A DNA stretch of 64,000 nt from Podarcis pityusensis (Eukaryota), in assembly GCA_964106645.2 (NCBI GenBank), contig OZ067038.1; one strand, 5' to 3'. Under the pieces are notes generated by a model, which was given only the letters and a program-made list of their open reading frames with translations, made no database searches and was not told where the DNA came from. The position numbers were made by a program, and so were the translations under genes. Shown here one piece after another: positions 36,406-49,644 of the stretch; within the stretch, counting starts at the first letter, position 1; each line of letters starts with the position of its first letter.

Positions 36406-37864
36406 CATATTTCAGAAACATGGAATAAAGGACTTTTGGTAAAGCCTTGAAGTACATTTCTGTGTAAATTGCTTAGAGCTGAAGTATTGTCTTTCCCTTT
36501 TTTCAGAGAACCAAACCAAATATTTAGAGCTATGATGCCTTGAAGAAGAAGAAAACTATACAGAAAAGAGGGGGGGCAAACTAAATAGACTGAATTAAAC
36601 TTGTTGAAGTAACAGTGCTTCAGCCTTTGCCTCCCCAGTTCAAATATCTGTGTCTATAGCAGAGGCAAGAAGCTGAGATCAGCATGACTTTATAAACAAG
36701 TGTTGTATATTAATCATTCATATAAGTCAGAAGGAGCCTATTAAAGTTGTAGTGTGATTCAAGTTTTCAATATTAATTGCCTATATGACACTATTAATGC
36801 ACAAAGCACTGATGTTTTGCTCATGTTCATATTGGGGGAAAGTAGGAGCTGATGCTTACCCTGCGGGGGGAACACTATCAATGTGAACACACATTTCAAA
36901 ACACATTTTTAATAAAGCAGCATTTGAAGGTACACTTGTTTCCCCTGACTGTTTAGTAAATTCTCCTTCATTCCTTTCCTGTTACATCGTTTCTTCTTTC
37001 CTGTCCTTGTCCGCTAGATTGCAAATCTGACAAAACAATTGTATTGCATTTTAATGCTTGCCGGACATCTTGTTTGGGAAATGCTTTGGAAATAACCATT
37101 ATGGGGATAGTAATGGTTAGAATGCCCTGTTGTGCCTTTCTCTGTACCCCAAAGCATTTCAAGTATTACAGGCACGAAGAGAGCATGTCCACTTTCCTCT
37201 TCCTGAGCACCTGACTGCCAAGGCATCTCTGTTCCATAAAAATGCATCAAAACCCGGCTTGCCAGGTGAGCTCTAAGTGACATGAACAGCGGGATGTGCT
37301 AATAGAAAGTGGATTAAATCCTAAGAAAAAATAATACTGTACTACACTCCCTGCTGCCCCAAAAGAGGAATCCTTTGAGGCACAGGAGCTGCTTTTGTTC
37401 CTTTCACCAACTCAGCAAAGGCCCCCTGTGTGTCAGGTAGTTACAAACCAACTCAATTGGCCAATTTATTTCCTCTGAGACTCTGTGGTTTCCATTTGCC
37501 ATTAAAGAAAATAAAAAGAGAGGGAGGGAATGAGAGAGAGGCAGCGAGTACATGGGGTTGCATGTACGCACTTAAGTGCATAGAGGTATCACATTCTTCA
37601 CAATCTGCCCCAGAATCTGATGGAGGGATTAAGCTGGTCAGCTGTAAGCTCAAGAATGAAGTTTGGATAGACGAACAGGCAAGGTAGAAACAAGTGGATG
37701 AAAGAGGGTTCCTATGTCCTGCAATAGGATGGGAGAGAGCTCTTGTGCTCCTCTGGGTTCCCATAGGTATCTCTGGCTGCTGTGAGGGCAAGATGTGGGA
37801 CTAGATACACATCCCTCCCTATGAGTTGTAGGCTGAACTTCTGAAGTGGGGAGGCTGCAAACAC

Positions 37865-38040
37865 CAGACTAGGACCTGGGAGACCAGAGTCCAAATCTCC
37901 ACTCAGTTCCCTGAGGGCCCTGAGTCTGGTTGCAGTCTCTCAGCCTCACCTACCTCACAGGGTTGCTGTGAGGACAAATTGGGGAGAAGGAGAACCATGT
38001 ATGCTACTTGCAGGAAAGGTGGGGTCTAAATGTAGTAAGA
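37865..38040 (+). mobile_element. Older Squam3/MIR-like SINE fragment
   Basis: GACTAGGACCTGGGAGACCAG...CTCAGCCTCACCTACCTCACAGGGTTGCTGTGAGG core. Confidence 0.6.
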
Positions 38041-38194
38041 AGATGTAAAGATACAGCTGCAAAGGATCCATATTTATATCCTGGCAGAGCGCCACTGCTC
38101 TCTACAAGATGAGTCAAACCGCTTGTCTTGTAGGTGTTTCTTTCCGCTTAAAAAACAACAACTAGAAGCAGAATGTGGTGGTTTGTTTTGTTTT

Positions 38195-38300
38195 TTACAG
38201 TTAATTGCCCTTCCGGGAGACCCGTATTATGTAAACTTGTGTGTACAAATAATGATTAACTGAAGTGTTTACATGTTAACTGTTGATGAAACTTTTAACT
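38195..38300. promoter_or_regulatory. Candidate endoderm/liver-type enhancer motif cluster
   Basis: TTATGTAA (PAR-bZIP/CEBP) at 38227, GTAAAC (Fox) at 38231, AATAATGATTAAC (HNF1-like) at 38248, TGTTTAC (Fox) at 38266, all within 50 bp. Confidence 0.35.
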
Positions 38301-39259
38301 GAACATTTGGTCGCTGGAAGCAAACACTCAAGAGTTGTTTCTCTCTGAAAACTGCTTTTGCAAAACTGTGCCAAGTGTGAAGGATGCACACGGGAGCCCC
38401 CAAAAACCCAAACATCCCATCTGTTCTGACGGGGTCAGAAAAGGGCAACTAAAATGATCCACAGATGGAGCCATTTCCATGTGAAAATGGTAACAATATT
38501 TTTTTACTTAGGCTAAAGGTGATCAGTGTGTAAGGAGGGGTGTGTGGATCTGAATTTATAATATGGTTTGGTTTATCTCTGTAGATCATGGCATGAGTAT
38601 AAGATTGACATAACTCTAACATGACATGAGACCCTTCGTGATTAGCTTTGGTGACTATGGAACCATCCAGATCCCAGCCCCCTGCTAGGATATATCCTGA
38701 GTTCACCCACATCTGCCCTAAAAGATTAACACATGCAAGTGTAGTTGTCAAGTATAGGATACTCAGCCTCTCAATGGGATCCACACACACAATGGTAAGG
38801 TCATGTAAAGACAAACACAGACAGAGATGGCAGGTTCAGGTAATTGCTCACTATCACAAGTCTTTCACCTTTTGTTAAACAAACAGGATGACGAAAGATT
38901 GGCAAGGTGAGAATTAAACAGGAAATTCCAGAAGCAACTATAGAAATTGTAGGAATCACTCATTTCACAGCCTCCTCCCCTCTACTGGTATGCCTTGGCA
39001 AAATGTATAAAAGCCATTAGATGCCAAAGATAGTTAGCTCTCACAGCTCCAACAGCTCCTAAAAAAAAGCTCTTCAACCCTAAAAAAAGCTCAGCAACTT
39101 TGGTTGGCCCTTTGGTCGGCCCTCACGGCCCTTTACTTCATCAAATCTTTGAAAAAAGTTTGGACACCACTGCAATTTAAGGACAGGTATACTTTCCCCC
39201 CTCCCCCCTTCTTGTGTAGGCTTCTGGCAAAAGTGTCATGCCCTGCTTCTGTAGGCCTT

Positions 39260-39933
39260 TTTGAATACATGAGTGCTGGCGGTGCACATGTGACTCCAAA
39301 TACATACATGGGGACATGAAAGAGGTATATCAAAATATGCAGAGAAAGATGATAGGGAGGTTCCTCTTTTAATAGCAAAAAACTGGGGTCGTCCAATGAA
39401 GCTGAATCGTAGAAGATTCAGGGCAGACAAAAGGATGTACTTATTCACACAAAGTTAAGCTACGGAATTTGATACTCCCAAGATGTAGTGATGGCTACAA
39501 ATTAGGACAGGTTTCAAGGAGGATCAAGCAAACTGAACCACCTTGTGGTTTCCCCCCTACAATCAAGCNNNNNNNNNNNNNNNNNNNNNNNNNNNNNNNN
39601 NNNNNNNNNNNNNNNNNNNNNNNNNNNNNNNNNNNNNNNNNNNNNNNNNNNNNNNNNNNNNNNNNNNNNNNNNNNNNNNNNNNNNNNNNNNNNNNNNNNN
39701 NNNNNNNNNNNNNNNNNNNNNNNNNNNNNNNNNNNNNNNNCAATGTCTACTAGTCATGATGGGCATATATTACTTCCGGGATCAGAGCCAGTATGCCTTT
39801 GAATATCTGTTACACAGGTTAGAGTGGGATATGCTTGTGGGCTTCCTATAGGCATCTGCTCTGCCTCTTCTAGGAACATAATACTAGACTAAATAGGTCT
39901 TTAGTCTGATCCAACAGGGCTCTTATGTTCTTA
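39260..39933 (+). mobile_element. Old CR1 LINE 3' region spanning an assembly gap
   Basis: GGGGTCGTCCAATGAAGCTG...AGATTCAGGGCAGACAAAAGG...TTCACACA, with a terminal GGTCTT...TCTGATCCAACAGGGCTCTTATGTTCTTA. Confidence 0.65.
39569..39740. other. Assembly gap (N run)
   Basis: 172 N. Confidence 1.
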
Positions 39934-40566
39934 TTCACCAAGTCCCAGCTTGCTCGCCTTTATCTGTCAGGTTTGCCAGCCTTAGTATATGGCAAAATGT
40001 ATTAACCCTCACCCATGTACTACAAGTCCCAGGCTGCAACATGATAGGGGATAACAGTAAGACTCAGAAGGTCTGAAAAGGTTAAAAACATATTGCAAGT
40101 CTATGCCTTCCTTTCCCCCAGGCTACTCCCCAAGGGTATATTTATTTGTATGGCTTGTGCGAGGCCTAAAATAGCATTTGTACTAAATACCAGAATATGG
40201 GGGGGGGGGCATACAGTGGTTATGGACGGGTCATCACTTGAGGTAAATCTAGTATGCAAAACCACTGGGAATTATAAGTGCTGCTGTTGCAGTTGTTCTC
40301 TTTGATTCCAGAGCTTCCAACTAGGAATGGAAAAAAAGAGTCAAGAGTTTTCTGGGGAAATTGATTTGGAATTTCCCATATCTGCTCACAAGACTCGCAA
40401 CAGATATGAACTTACAAGGAGCCTGGGTTTTTTCCCCATTACAGTAAAGCCAAACAATTAGGGGAAAACCCAAAACAGTTCCAAAACGTCCCGAATCTTC
40501 AAAGTGTGTTACGATAAAACAAGGAAGGCATTAGTGCAGTGAGTCAATAGTTCTTCTAACCAGATA

Positions 40567-40803
40567 CAGTGGAACCTCTGTTTTCGAACATAATCCATTC
40601 CGGAAAACTGTTCAACTTCCAAAACGTTCAAAAACTGAGGTGCAAAGAACTGCCAGCAAGTTCAATGGAGAAAATTGAAAAACACACAGAGGAAGTCATT
40701 CGACTTCTGAGGAGCGTTCGAAAATGGAAGCAATTCTGGGTTTTCGGCCTTTGAAAACCAAAATGTTCAGCTTCCAAGATGCTCGAAAACCAAGGTTCCA
40801 CTG
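40567..40803. mobile_element. Tc1/mariner (Tigger-like) MITE
   Basis: TA-CAGTGGAACCTC...AGGTTCCACTG-TA. Confidence 0.9.
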
Positions 40804-42012
40804 TATCGCATCTCTAGCCACAAATGCTTATATTTCAGGATATTTTAACAGAAGAGACAGCTGGGTACAAAGAAAATAGCCTCTTCTGTACCATTCCTTA
40901 CACACCATACATTTCAAAAACATGGATCCTGGGAACTGTAACTTACCTCTCACACTGTTTGAGAAACACCCCTTTAACTCCATAGGTCATTCTCCCTTAG
41001 TACTTTAGGTTTCATTTCCCCCTTAAGGTTCTGTTTTTCTGGGCTTAACTTACGGTACCTCCTATAAGCCTTTGAGGTTCTAGGGAAGAACAGCCTCAGA
41101 AAGCAACAATTTTACAGCACAGAAAAAAACACAAAATGGCTGGATCGTTTTCATTCCTTGGCAATGATGCATGCTGATAAAGACCAATGATGAATTATGG
41201 GAAGAGACATTTTTATCTTTTTGGAGCATAGTGTGGACTTCAGATAGAGAACTAACTTCCAGCTGATTAGCATGAATGAAAAGAACTGGTTGTTCAGAAA
41301 ATGGAAGCCTGTAACATTTATATGTTAATTGGGAACGGGATAATAAATTATAATTCCTAACCGCGGGATGTTGCAAACAAACTACCCAAAGTCGTTTGCT
41401 TGCACTCATTGATAGGCTGACTTAAGAACACACTGAAATAGCAAGGATGTGCTAATGTACGTCTGTCATTCTCACTCAAATATATATACGTAATAACCAG
41501 GGCTTTTTTTCCAGCTGGAACTCATTTCCTCTAAGGTGGGTGTGATAGAAAAAGCCAAGGTGAGGGCAGGGGTGATTTTTTTTATTCCCCCCACAACCCC
41601 TGTTCATAAAGTTGCCATCTGTGCACGTTTGATAACTGCCCTGAATGTACATGCTATTCTTAAGACTGAAGCAAATGTGGTTTATTTGTGAAAAAGACTC
41701 ATCAAATAGCAGTATTTGTTAGGAAACTACAGGATCATATGGATTGTGGCTAATAGCTATGCAAATATGGCTTTAAAAATTGGCAGTGGAGCGCAATGGA
41801 TGTGGAAGAAGCAGTAATGTGAACTAAGTCATGCTCAAATCCACAGTCTTCTTTGCTCTGTTTCACAGACACACAGAGACCCTTCGCAACCTCCTTGAGA
41901 GGTCCTGTATCAAGGAGCAATCTTCTAACAGCTCCAATGGAGACACATCCCAAGGTATTAGCACATCCTTGGATGCCTCCATACAGGTGTTTTGGGGTGT
42001 TTTGAGGAACCT

Positions 42013-42155
42013 TGGGGAAGGGCTGTAGCTCAGTGGTAGAGCTTCTACTGTCTGGGCACGCAGAAGGTCCCTGGGTCAACCCTTGGCATCTCCAGGTAGG
42101 GCTGGGACAGAACCTGGTCTGAAATCCTGGAAAGTCATTGCTGTTCAGTGACAAA
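42013..42155 (+). mobile_element. tRNA-headed SINE, truncated or interrupted by the following hAT MITE
   Basis: GGGCTGTAGCTCAGTGGTAGAGC...GCAGAAGGTCCC.GG..CAA.CC.TGGCATCTCCAGGTAGGGCTGGGA. Related copies at ~8330-8470(-), 42697-42858, 48405-48770(-), 57270-57420(-), 60961-61030, 61488-61615. Confidence 0.7.
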
Positions 42156-42568
42156 TAGGGATGCCAATCATCCGGGTTTCCCTGGACACATCCGGGAATC
42201 AGGAGCCTAAAATGGCATCCAGGGGGGATTTTCACAGCCCAGACAAATGTCCAGGAAAACCCAGACATATGGCAACCCCCTTCGGGAAGTAAGTTTTTCC
42301 TTCGGAATTAAAGAAAAACATCTTTTTTTGTAGATTTTGCTGAAATCGCCGTCCAACCAATCGCCCGCTCACCCCCTTCGCTACCTCCCGCCCACCACAC
42401 ACCGAAAGTGCAGCCCACAGCTACCAATCCCCCACTCACCCGCCACCGCTTGCCCATTGTCGATTGCTGGATCACCAGCCCCACTGCCGATCGCCCCACC
42501 AGACAATGACACCTCCTCCACCACCACCCCTGGTCTGGATTTTTCATTTTTAAAATATAGCAACCCTG
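42156..42568. mobile_element. hAT-type MITE
   Basis: TIRs TAGGGATGCCA / TAGCAACCCTG. Degenerate TSD GTGACAAA / GTGACTGT. Confidence 0.6.
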
Positions 42569-42898
42569 GTGACTGTTCAACCTGCAACATGCAACTGACA
42601 CAATGACAGTGCATTAGTGGTATATTCATACTGGACCACCCACACATCATTCCCCTTGTTTTATGATGCTTCCACAATAGCCATGAATGCATATAGAGGT
42701 GGTACCTCAGTGGTAGAGCACCTGCTTTGCATACAGAATATCTCAGGTTCAATCACTAGGGAGGGCTGGGAAATACTTTCTGTCAGTCCGTGTGGGACAA
42801 TATGGAGCTAGATAGGCCAACTGACCTAATTCAGTATGAGGCAGCTTCCTATGTTCTGAGGTTCCTATTTATGTACAAACATATATATATATTTGTTG

Positions 42899-43130
42899 AG
42901 AGAGCCAATATGGTGTAGTAGCTACAATTTTGGACTAGGAGCTGGCAAACCAGGGTTCAAAATCCCTGCTCAGCCAGGAAACTCAATGGATGACCTTGGG
43001 CCAGTCACTCATTCTCAGGATAACCTACCTCACAGGGTTGTTGTGAGGAGAAAATGGAGAGAAGGAGAACTACGCATACCACCTTGGAGGAAAGGTGGGG
43101 TATAAATGCAATGAATAAATGAATAATAAA
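42899..43130 (+). mobile_element. Squam3A/MIR-like SINE
   Basis: GAGAGCCAATATGGTGTAGTAG...GGGTTCAAAATCCC...TGACCTTGGGCCAGTCAC...CCTACCTCACAGGGTTGTTGTGAGG, with an AAT-rich tail. Confidence 0.75.
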
Positions 43131-44681
43131 AACGGATGGCTGGATTGGAACTTGTCAGGTTACAAGCTCTGTCCAGTTATTGCCTCCAGGAAAGTCACAA
43201 TGATAGTTCTATTCACACAAAAAAACACAACAGCAAAACATGCACTTTGATTATTTGTAAAGCTAACGATGACAGGAATGACCGGAAACAAATATATGAC
43301 GAGAAAAATACGTGGCTCCAAGCAAACCCCAGTTCCTGGATTTTGATCCCTGGGCTCAGCGTGTCCTACTCTTGCATCTCCTTTTTCTGCTTCTCATGTC
43401 CCTGAGGGAACATGGAGCACAACACAGCTGAGGCCTGTTGTTTCTGAGAGGCATCTACTCTCTGGGCTCTCAGTTCTAAAAAGAACTGGAGAGCAATCCA
43501 GGCCTCTTCTGGAAAATGACCTTGGACACTAAACTGGATTAAAATAACTGCTAGCAGTATGCCTGAAATGGAATAAATAGTTTTTTTCTTTTCTTCAGAA
43601 GTTCTATTAATGGGGTAACGGTGGGCAAAAAAAACCATGTGGAACATTTTAAAAGGACATCAGGAGGCGAGAATAAAAAAGTGAAATGCATTGTTTTGTT
43701 TAGTGGAAACTGAACCAGCTGAATAAGTGAGACAAAAGTGTTCTTGTGTGTAGCACCGGGGTAGGGGGCACACTTCTGGGATGACAGCTATGTCATGTTT
43801 TCAGACCAAGGGAAGTTCAAGGCTGCGGTAACATTTGAACCAGGAACTTTCCATTCTTATCTGCTATGCTTCACCAGCTTTCAAGGTGAGATGAAATACG
43901 TAGTTGACTGCAGTGAGCACTTATGTAGCATCGGACAAACCAAACATGCACACGCACACAAAAAGCATTGGCCACATTTCTTTCTCTGCAGAATTCAAAG
44001 TATACAGTTAGGACAACCAAAAAATCAATTCCTTGAGCAAGAATGCACAAGTTATATCTGCTGTCTTGTGCTTCCTACTAACCGAAAACATTAAAATGCC
44101 CCATCCTTTGCCTTATTTGGAGTTATTTTCATCTTTTAGCCATGAAGTGGGATTATTTCGCATCATATCAGCATATTACATAATCTCTAACAATCCTTCC
44201 TCCCCCAGAAACCTTAGCACCTGTGGAGAAGGGAAGCCTATTGGAGCCCTGGAAGTAATCAGAGACAGATTGAGAGGTAATTTGCTGCACTTATATACAC
44301 CGCACTACTTATAGTATTATCATATCATCAAGATGTTCCAGCTTGGTAAAAACCAAGTTAGTTGAAGCTGAACAATCTAATTGCAGAATCATCACCACCA
44401 TCATCAGCCGTCACCATGCAGGTTGGGGTCCCTGCTCTGAAGAGGTAGGAACATATAATTTGACCTAAGAGAAACAACAGGGGAAAGGAACATGTGATTA
44501 GGTTTGATTACAGGCTGAGAGCACGTGCCAAATACTTTCCTTTGACACAATAGTATTGTATTAGTGGTAGATTTATTCTGGACCATCCACACATCATTCT
44601 GCTTTAACAGTTGATCTGGGATGCTTCCCCAATGTGATTGCATTATTGCCACCTGGAGGGGGACTCTTGCACTATAGCCCA

Positions 44682-44820
44682 NNNNNNNNNNNNNNNNNNN
44701 NNNNNNNNNNNNNNNNNNNNNNNNNNNNNNNNNNNNNNNNNNNNNNNNNNNNNNNNNNNNNNNNNNNNNNNNNNNNNNNNNNNNNNNNNNNNNNNNNNNN
44801 NNNNNNNNNNNNNNNNNNNN
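44682..44820. other. Assembly gap (N run)
   Basis: 139 N. Confidence 1.
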
Positions 44821-44914
44821 TAAGGAAGGCAGTGGAAGACAGGAGTGCCTGGCGTGCTCTGGTCCATGGGGTCACAAAGAGTCAGACACGACTAAACGAC
44901 TAAACAGCAACAAA
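44821..44914 (+). mobile_element. RTE-BovB LINE 3' end
   Basis: Translates ...AVEDRSAWRALVHGVTKSQTRLND*, the BovB ORF C-terminus, followed by a (CAA)-type tail. Confidence 0.88.
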
Positions 44915-47419
44915 GGAAGCCATAGGAACCAAAATGTTTTGGGTATTCTGTGTCAGCATAATAGTTAGATATGTGATTTATGGGCACCTTCCTTTTACGC
45001 CTGAGAAGGGCAGATGAAGAAGTTGAAGGAGAGGGTGGGGGCTCATCCTCAGAGATAGAACTGTTTTTCTGCATTGCCTTTTCAGTTAAGAACTTTTTAA
45101 TTTAAGTCTTATTGAGTGCTTTCCTGGAGTGGCCATTAAACCACATAGTCCCCAGGTGTGCCTATCGATTAGGCTCGGTTTACATATTACTTCTTCCACA
45201 TGTAGGCAATAGGAGAGTCCTTCCTGATAGCTATGCTCCACGCATATGGAGAAATATAGTCACATGTGCACCCCCCGAACCCCTCTGTTGTCAGCCTGGC
45301 ATGCTGGAATTGAGCATGCAATAAGGCTGGCATGCCTTAAGTATTACTCTCCCTGCGGGTACCCTTGCCATGACTAAGGGCTTTCCTGTGACCAGTTCTT
45401 GGGGTGACTAAACCAGCTCTTTGTGCCTTTGCACTGAGGCAAGTGCAGTGCAATGCCATAGTTCCTCAGCAATGGTTTTCTGAGTTCATTGGGGTATCTC
45501 TCTGCTTGATAAGGGTGCTTAGGAACAATTTGTTCCCTGGGCAGCAAGTAATTTACTCAGTAATTTAATCAGATAGAAGGTTGCATCTAGAGCTGTTGCA
45601 ATGGCAACTGTGGCATCATGACCTAGTCACCCCAGAGCAAGATGTTTCTCAAGTTTTTTTTTCCAGAAGGAAGGTGTTACCCCCCAAAAGAAAAACAGCT
45701 GTCAAAGGACTGCCAGCCCTGCTTTAGACTTTTAAAAGGCCTTGCATTCTGTCCCCTTCACCCCAAAAAGGCCTCTGTTGACGACAAAGATGAAATCATT
45801 TTGTTCCCCAATAGTGTAGTTCTTCCCGTCAGACTCATTAACTTTGGTTTCCCTTTGTAGCTTCCTGTTCTCCCGGCTCTGCTTCTTGTCCCTATTCCTT
45901 TGTCCCTATAAATCTTCTCTCGCTTGTCTCCTTTTCTTTGGGGAAGCCACCTGCCTCTCCCCTTTATTACAGGGCTTAAGTAACAGCTGGTGACGCACAG
46001 ACTCTGCTGCAAAATGGTTCAAACATGCCTTGACTTTTGGAATATACACAGTAAACAGGGAAATCAACTCCACACCCCTCCCCGATGTTCTTGTGTTCCT
46101 GTTTGTCCAGAACTAGAGCACGAGTCTTTATTACAGTCGTGACTGAGAAACAAATTGCTTGGAGCAGAGCAGGAAAAACTTATTATGCACTCAGCAAGCA
46201 AGACTCTGGCAAAGGGATGTTTCTCTTGCTCCAGCTGCTGTATCTTTAGCAATCGTAAACTAGCCGGAATCAACAGGAAAAAAATAAAGTTGGGTCCTGT
46301 TTTTTATGGTGGCGGAAGAAGTCGTGGCCCACTAACATGGCACAGGCATGGCCAAAGGTCTGTGAGGCCATTATCACTAGTTGAGATGCTAGAGAGCAAG
46401 AGAGAATTTCAGGTGATGCAGTTTTTCTCATCGATGTACGAAAACCTGTCCCAACCACTAATTTATTCTGTGTAGATTTTAAAGGTTCTAGAGGCCAGTC
46501 CTCATTTGCATCTGGTCAGAGGTGCCAGCTTGTGAGGGGAACATGACGTTGACATCCCGACATTGCACTTGTATCGTCAGGATGCTGTGAGGAGTTGGGG
46601 GAGGGCCAAGTGCAGCCCCCTCCCCCAGCTTCAATGGCCAGCAGTGCCTCCCCCACTGTATATGTGGGGGCTCCCTATGCATCTTGTAAAGAACAGAAAT
46701 AGGAAGGAGACACCTGCCATCCTAATATCCCCACCTCCTTCCTTGTATGTTAAATTAACTCCCCCCAATCTCTGAAAAGGGCTAGAAAGAGTGTGTTCAA
46801 ACCACTTCTATCATACTTACAACGTCTCTCTTTGCCCCTGGGGCATGCATTGACAAATACGGACTTGGATTTCTTGTAGAACAATCTTGTAGAAGAAGTC
46901 TGCCTATTGCACTTCTATCTCCAGCCCTTGCCTCAGTCCACAGATCAGTTGACCTCAGTAGCTGAGATTATGAAGAATACACACCACAGATTGGGATAAC
47001 ATCCGTGGCCACATACTGATCCATGATAGTCCCCACACCTCCCTGACCCATATGCTGCCACTCTTCTCTGCCTCTGTGTTGGAAATGCCTTTGCTCCACC
47101 AACTGGCTCCTCAAGATTGTTGCCAAAGGTAGATATCTGCCAGGAAACGCATATGGCATTTATTAAATGCCCCCTTTTGTTCCAGTGGTGTTTTTAACCT
47201 GTTGAACTGGCCCTCCAGATGCACATGTTGGTTCATCCAACTTTCTGAAGATTTTTCAGCATATGGCAAGGTGCACTGTGGTCTAGAATTGCATCGGAGT
47301 ATGTGCCTCACACACAGACATAAGATGTCAACATGAATGAAATAACTTGAAACGATAAGCACTTTGTACTGACTTAATGTCACAAAACTTGACTGTGTGA
47401 ATCAGGCCTCAGCCACAAC

Positions 47420-47605
47420 ATAATGACTCATGAATATAAACACAAGTGAATAACCTAATGGTGAGTTTGCACACACACACACTGCTCACATCAGTCACCG
47501 TGTGGTGAGTCACCAGTGATGGTATATGCGTTCCTTCTGCTAATGTTGCCTTGGCTCCCATTTTGGGTTATTTGCCTCAGGTGGTCAATGGTTAGTGACT
47601 CATCA
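47420..47605. promoter_or_regulatory. AP-1 site cluster (candidate enhancer)
   Basis: TGACTCA at 47424, TGAGTCA at 47506, TGACTCA at 47596. Confidence 0.3.
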
Positions 47606-47858
47606 CAAAATTGAGTGATGGTAGTAATTTGAATATGAGTAACTTGGTACAATATTTTTTCATAGGGAAACCACCATGATATTACCCTGTAGCTCTTCCA
47701 TACTTACGCATGCTTATAAATGTGCACGCAAGTGGTGAAAATAGCCTACAACCATTGGAAAGGTGAGCTTTCAATCTGTGTAGTTGTATGTCAATTTAAC
47801 ATTGCTTATCATTTTCTTTAAACTGACTTAGAGGGAGATGAGAATTGATGATGACATT

Positions 47859-48182
47859 TGTTATGTATTCAGTGGTCTGTGTCTGCCTGAGCTTGAGTCT
47901 GGACTAAGGATTCTGAGCCCCTGTGTTCTGATTTGATACATGATATCCAATCACAGAACATTTCAGGATTTGGCACTTAAACTCTATTGGCTCTTAAACT
48001 CTGAGTCATTATTCGCAGCTTGGAAGTTTAAACATCCAATCATGTTGGGAGTGGGAGTGGCCCAGGCCTCCAGAAATGTATATAAGCAGTTGCTTTGCGC
48101 CTGTTGTCCAGTTATGTTAGTTCAATAAAGGTTCTTGCTGTTATCACTGTGTCTTGCCTCGTGGGAACCCACCTACACTTCA
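47859..48182 (+). mobile_element. Solo LTR of a related Gypsy (Mag-like) family
   Basis: TGTTATGTA...TTCA termini like the full-length family, CCAAT boxes, ATGTATATAAGC, AATAAAG. Perfect 5-bp TSD ACATT (47854-47858 and 48183-48187). Confidence 0.85.
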
Positions 48183-48485
48183 ACATTTACCTGTAAAAAT
48201 TGTTCATAGCAACGTGGGAAGCTGTCTTGAACCAAGTCTGACTATTTATGTGATGTAACTCAAAATGGCCTGCACTATCTGCCTGCAGTTGATCAGGCGC
48301 AGTCTTTTCTAGCCTAACCTACCTCATAGGGTTGTTGCAAGACTAAAATGGAGGAGGAGGAAGTATACACACCACCTTGAGTTCCTAGGAGGAAAGGTTA
48401 GATATAGGAAGCAGTCTTATACTGACACCATTGGTCCATCTAGCTTTCTGCTGACCACGTTGACTGGTAGGGGCTCTCCAAGGTA

Positions 48486-48711
48486 CAGTGGTACCTCGGG
48501 TTACATACGCTTCAGGTTACAGATTCCGCTAACCCAGAAATAGTGCTTCAGGTTAATAACTTTGCTTCAGGATGAGAACAGAAATCGTGCTCTGGCGGCG
48601 CAGCGGCAGCAGGATGCCCCATTAGCTAAAGTGGTGCTTCAGGTTAAGAACAGTTTCAGGTCAAGAACGGACCTCCAGAACAAATTAAGTACTTAATCCG
48701 AGGTACCACTG
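48486..48711. mobile_element. Tc1/mariner (Tigger-like) MITE nested in a SINE
   Basis: TA-CAGTGGTACCTCGG...CCGAGGTACCACTG-TA. Confidence 0.92.
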
Positions 48712-49644
48712 TACATTTCTAGCTTTACCTGAAGATGCCAGGGACCGAACCTACCTTCTGCATACATGAAGAATACCACTTCTTTTCCTTCTTTTCTTTT
48801 TGTTCTCCATATTTATAACCATACAGCAGAAGATTCATACCTATTACCCTTTTTTGGTTGTCTTTTAGCAGGAATCTGATGCTGAACTGATGGTTTATGA
48901 GCAGGTCTCTTAAGAGAAACTGTACAGAGAGCTGTCAGCTCTTAAATAAAGTCATAGACAGTAAGCTCTCATTCTAAGACACAAGGAGTTTCCTTGCACA
49001 TACCACTTGCCTCCTGAATTTCACACCCCGGCTACTAGCTGCAGAAAACAACCCCAGCTGTTGATCACTGGTATAATAATAATAATAATATGCCAAAGAT
49101 AACATTGAAAAGCTTGTCACAAACAAGATGGTCCTGCAGAGAAGTTGCTACACAAACCGTTGTCTACTCTGACTGTATTTTGGAAACCTTAATAAATATT
49201 GTCTATTAATACAAAGGAAGTTAGAAGCAAACTTTCTTTGTCCTTTGACTGACTGCAATGTGAGTGTTTAAACGTGCCTGACAGCCGGCATTTAAACGTG
49301 CCTGACAGACTGGAGTGATAACGTTCACTCTCAGGTCTGCTGGCCAGGCTCTGCCCCCACTGACCCTAATGTCTCAACAAATGAAACTGACCTGTAAAAA
49401 ATGTTACTGGGGGGGGGGGAGAGAGAGACATTGCACATACTTTTGTAAACCAAGAAAATCTTTAATAAAAATATATTAAAAAATAATAATAATTGGGCCA
49501 TTCACATTTAGATTATTGGCGAGCTAAACTGCCTGTGAAGAGGCCAGCTGGGAAATCTACCAACTCCTCGTGGCCCTGGAATTGAGGGCAGCTTGCGAGG
49601 TGCCTTTAGAAGTGGCCTTTAGAAGCAAACCCTTTGGTTAAAAA

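Noticed and set aside
39469-39851. ORFs spanning N runs (also 44634-44903)
   Set aside because: Artefacts of translating assembly gaps.
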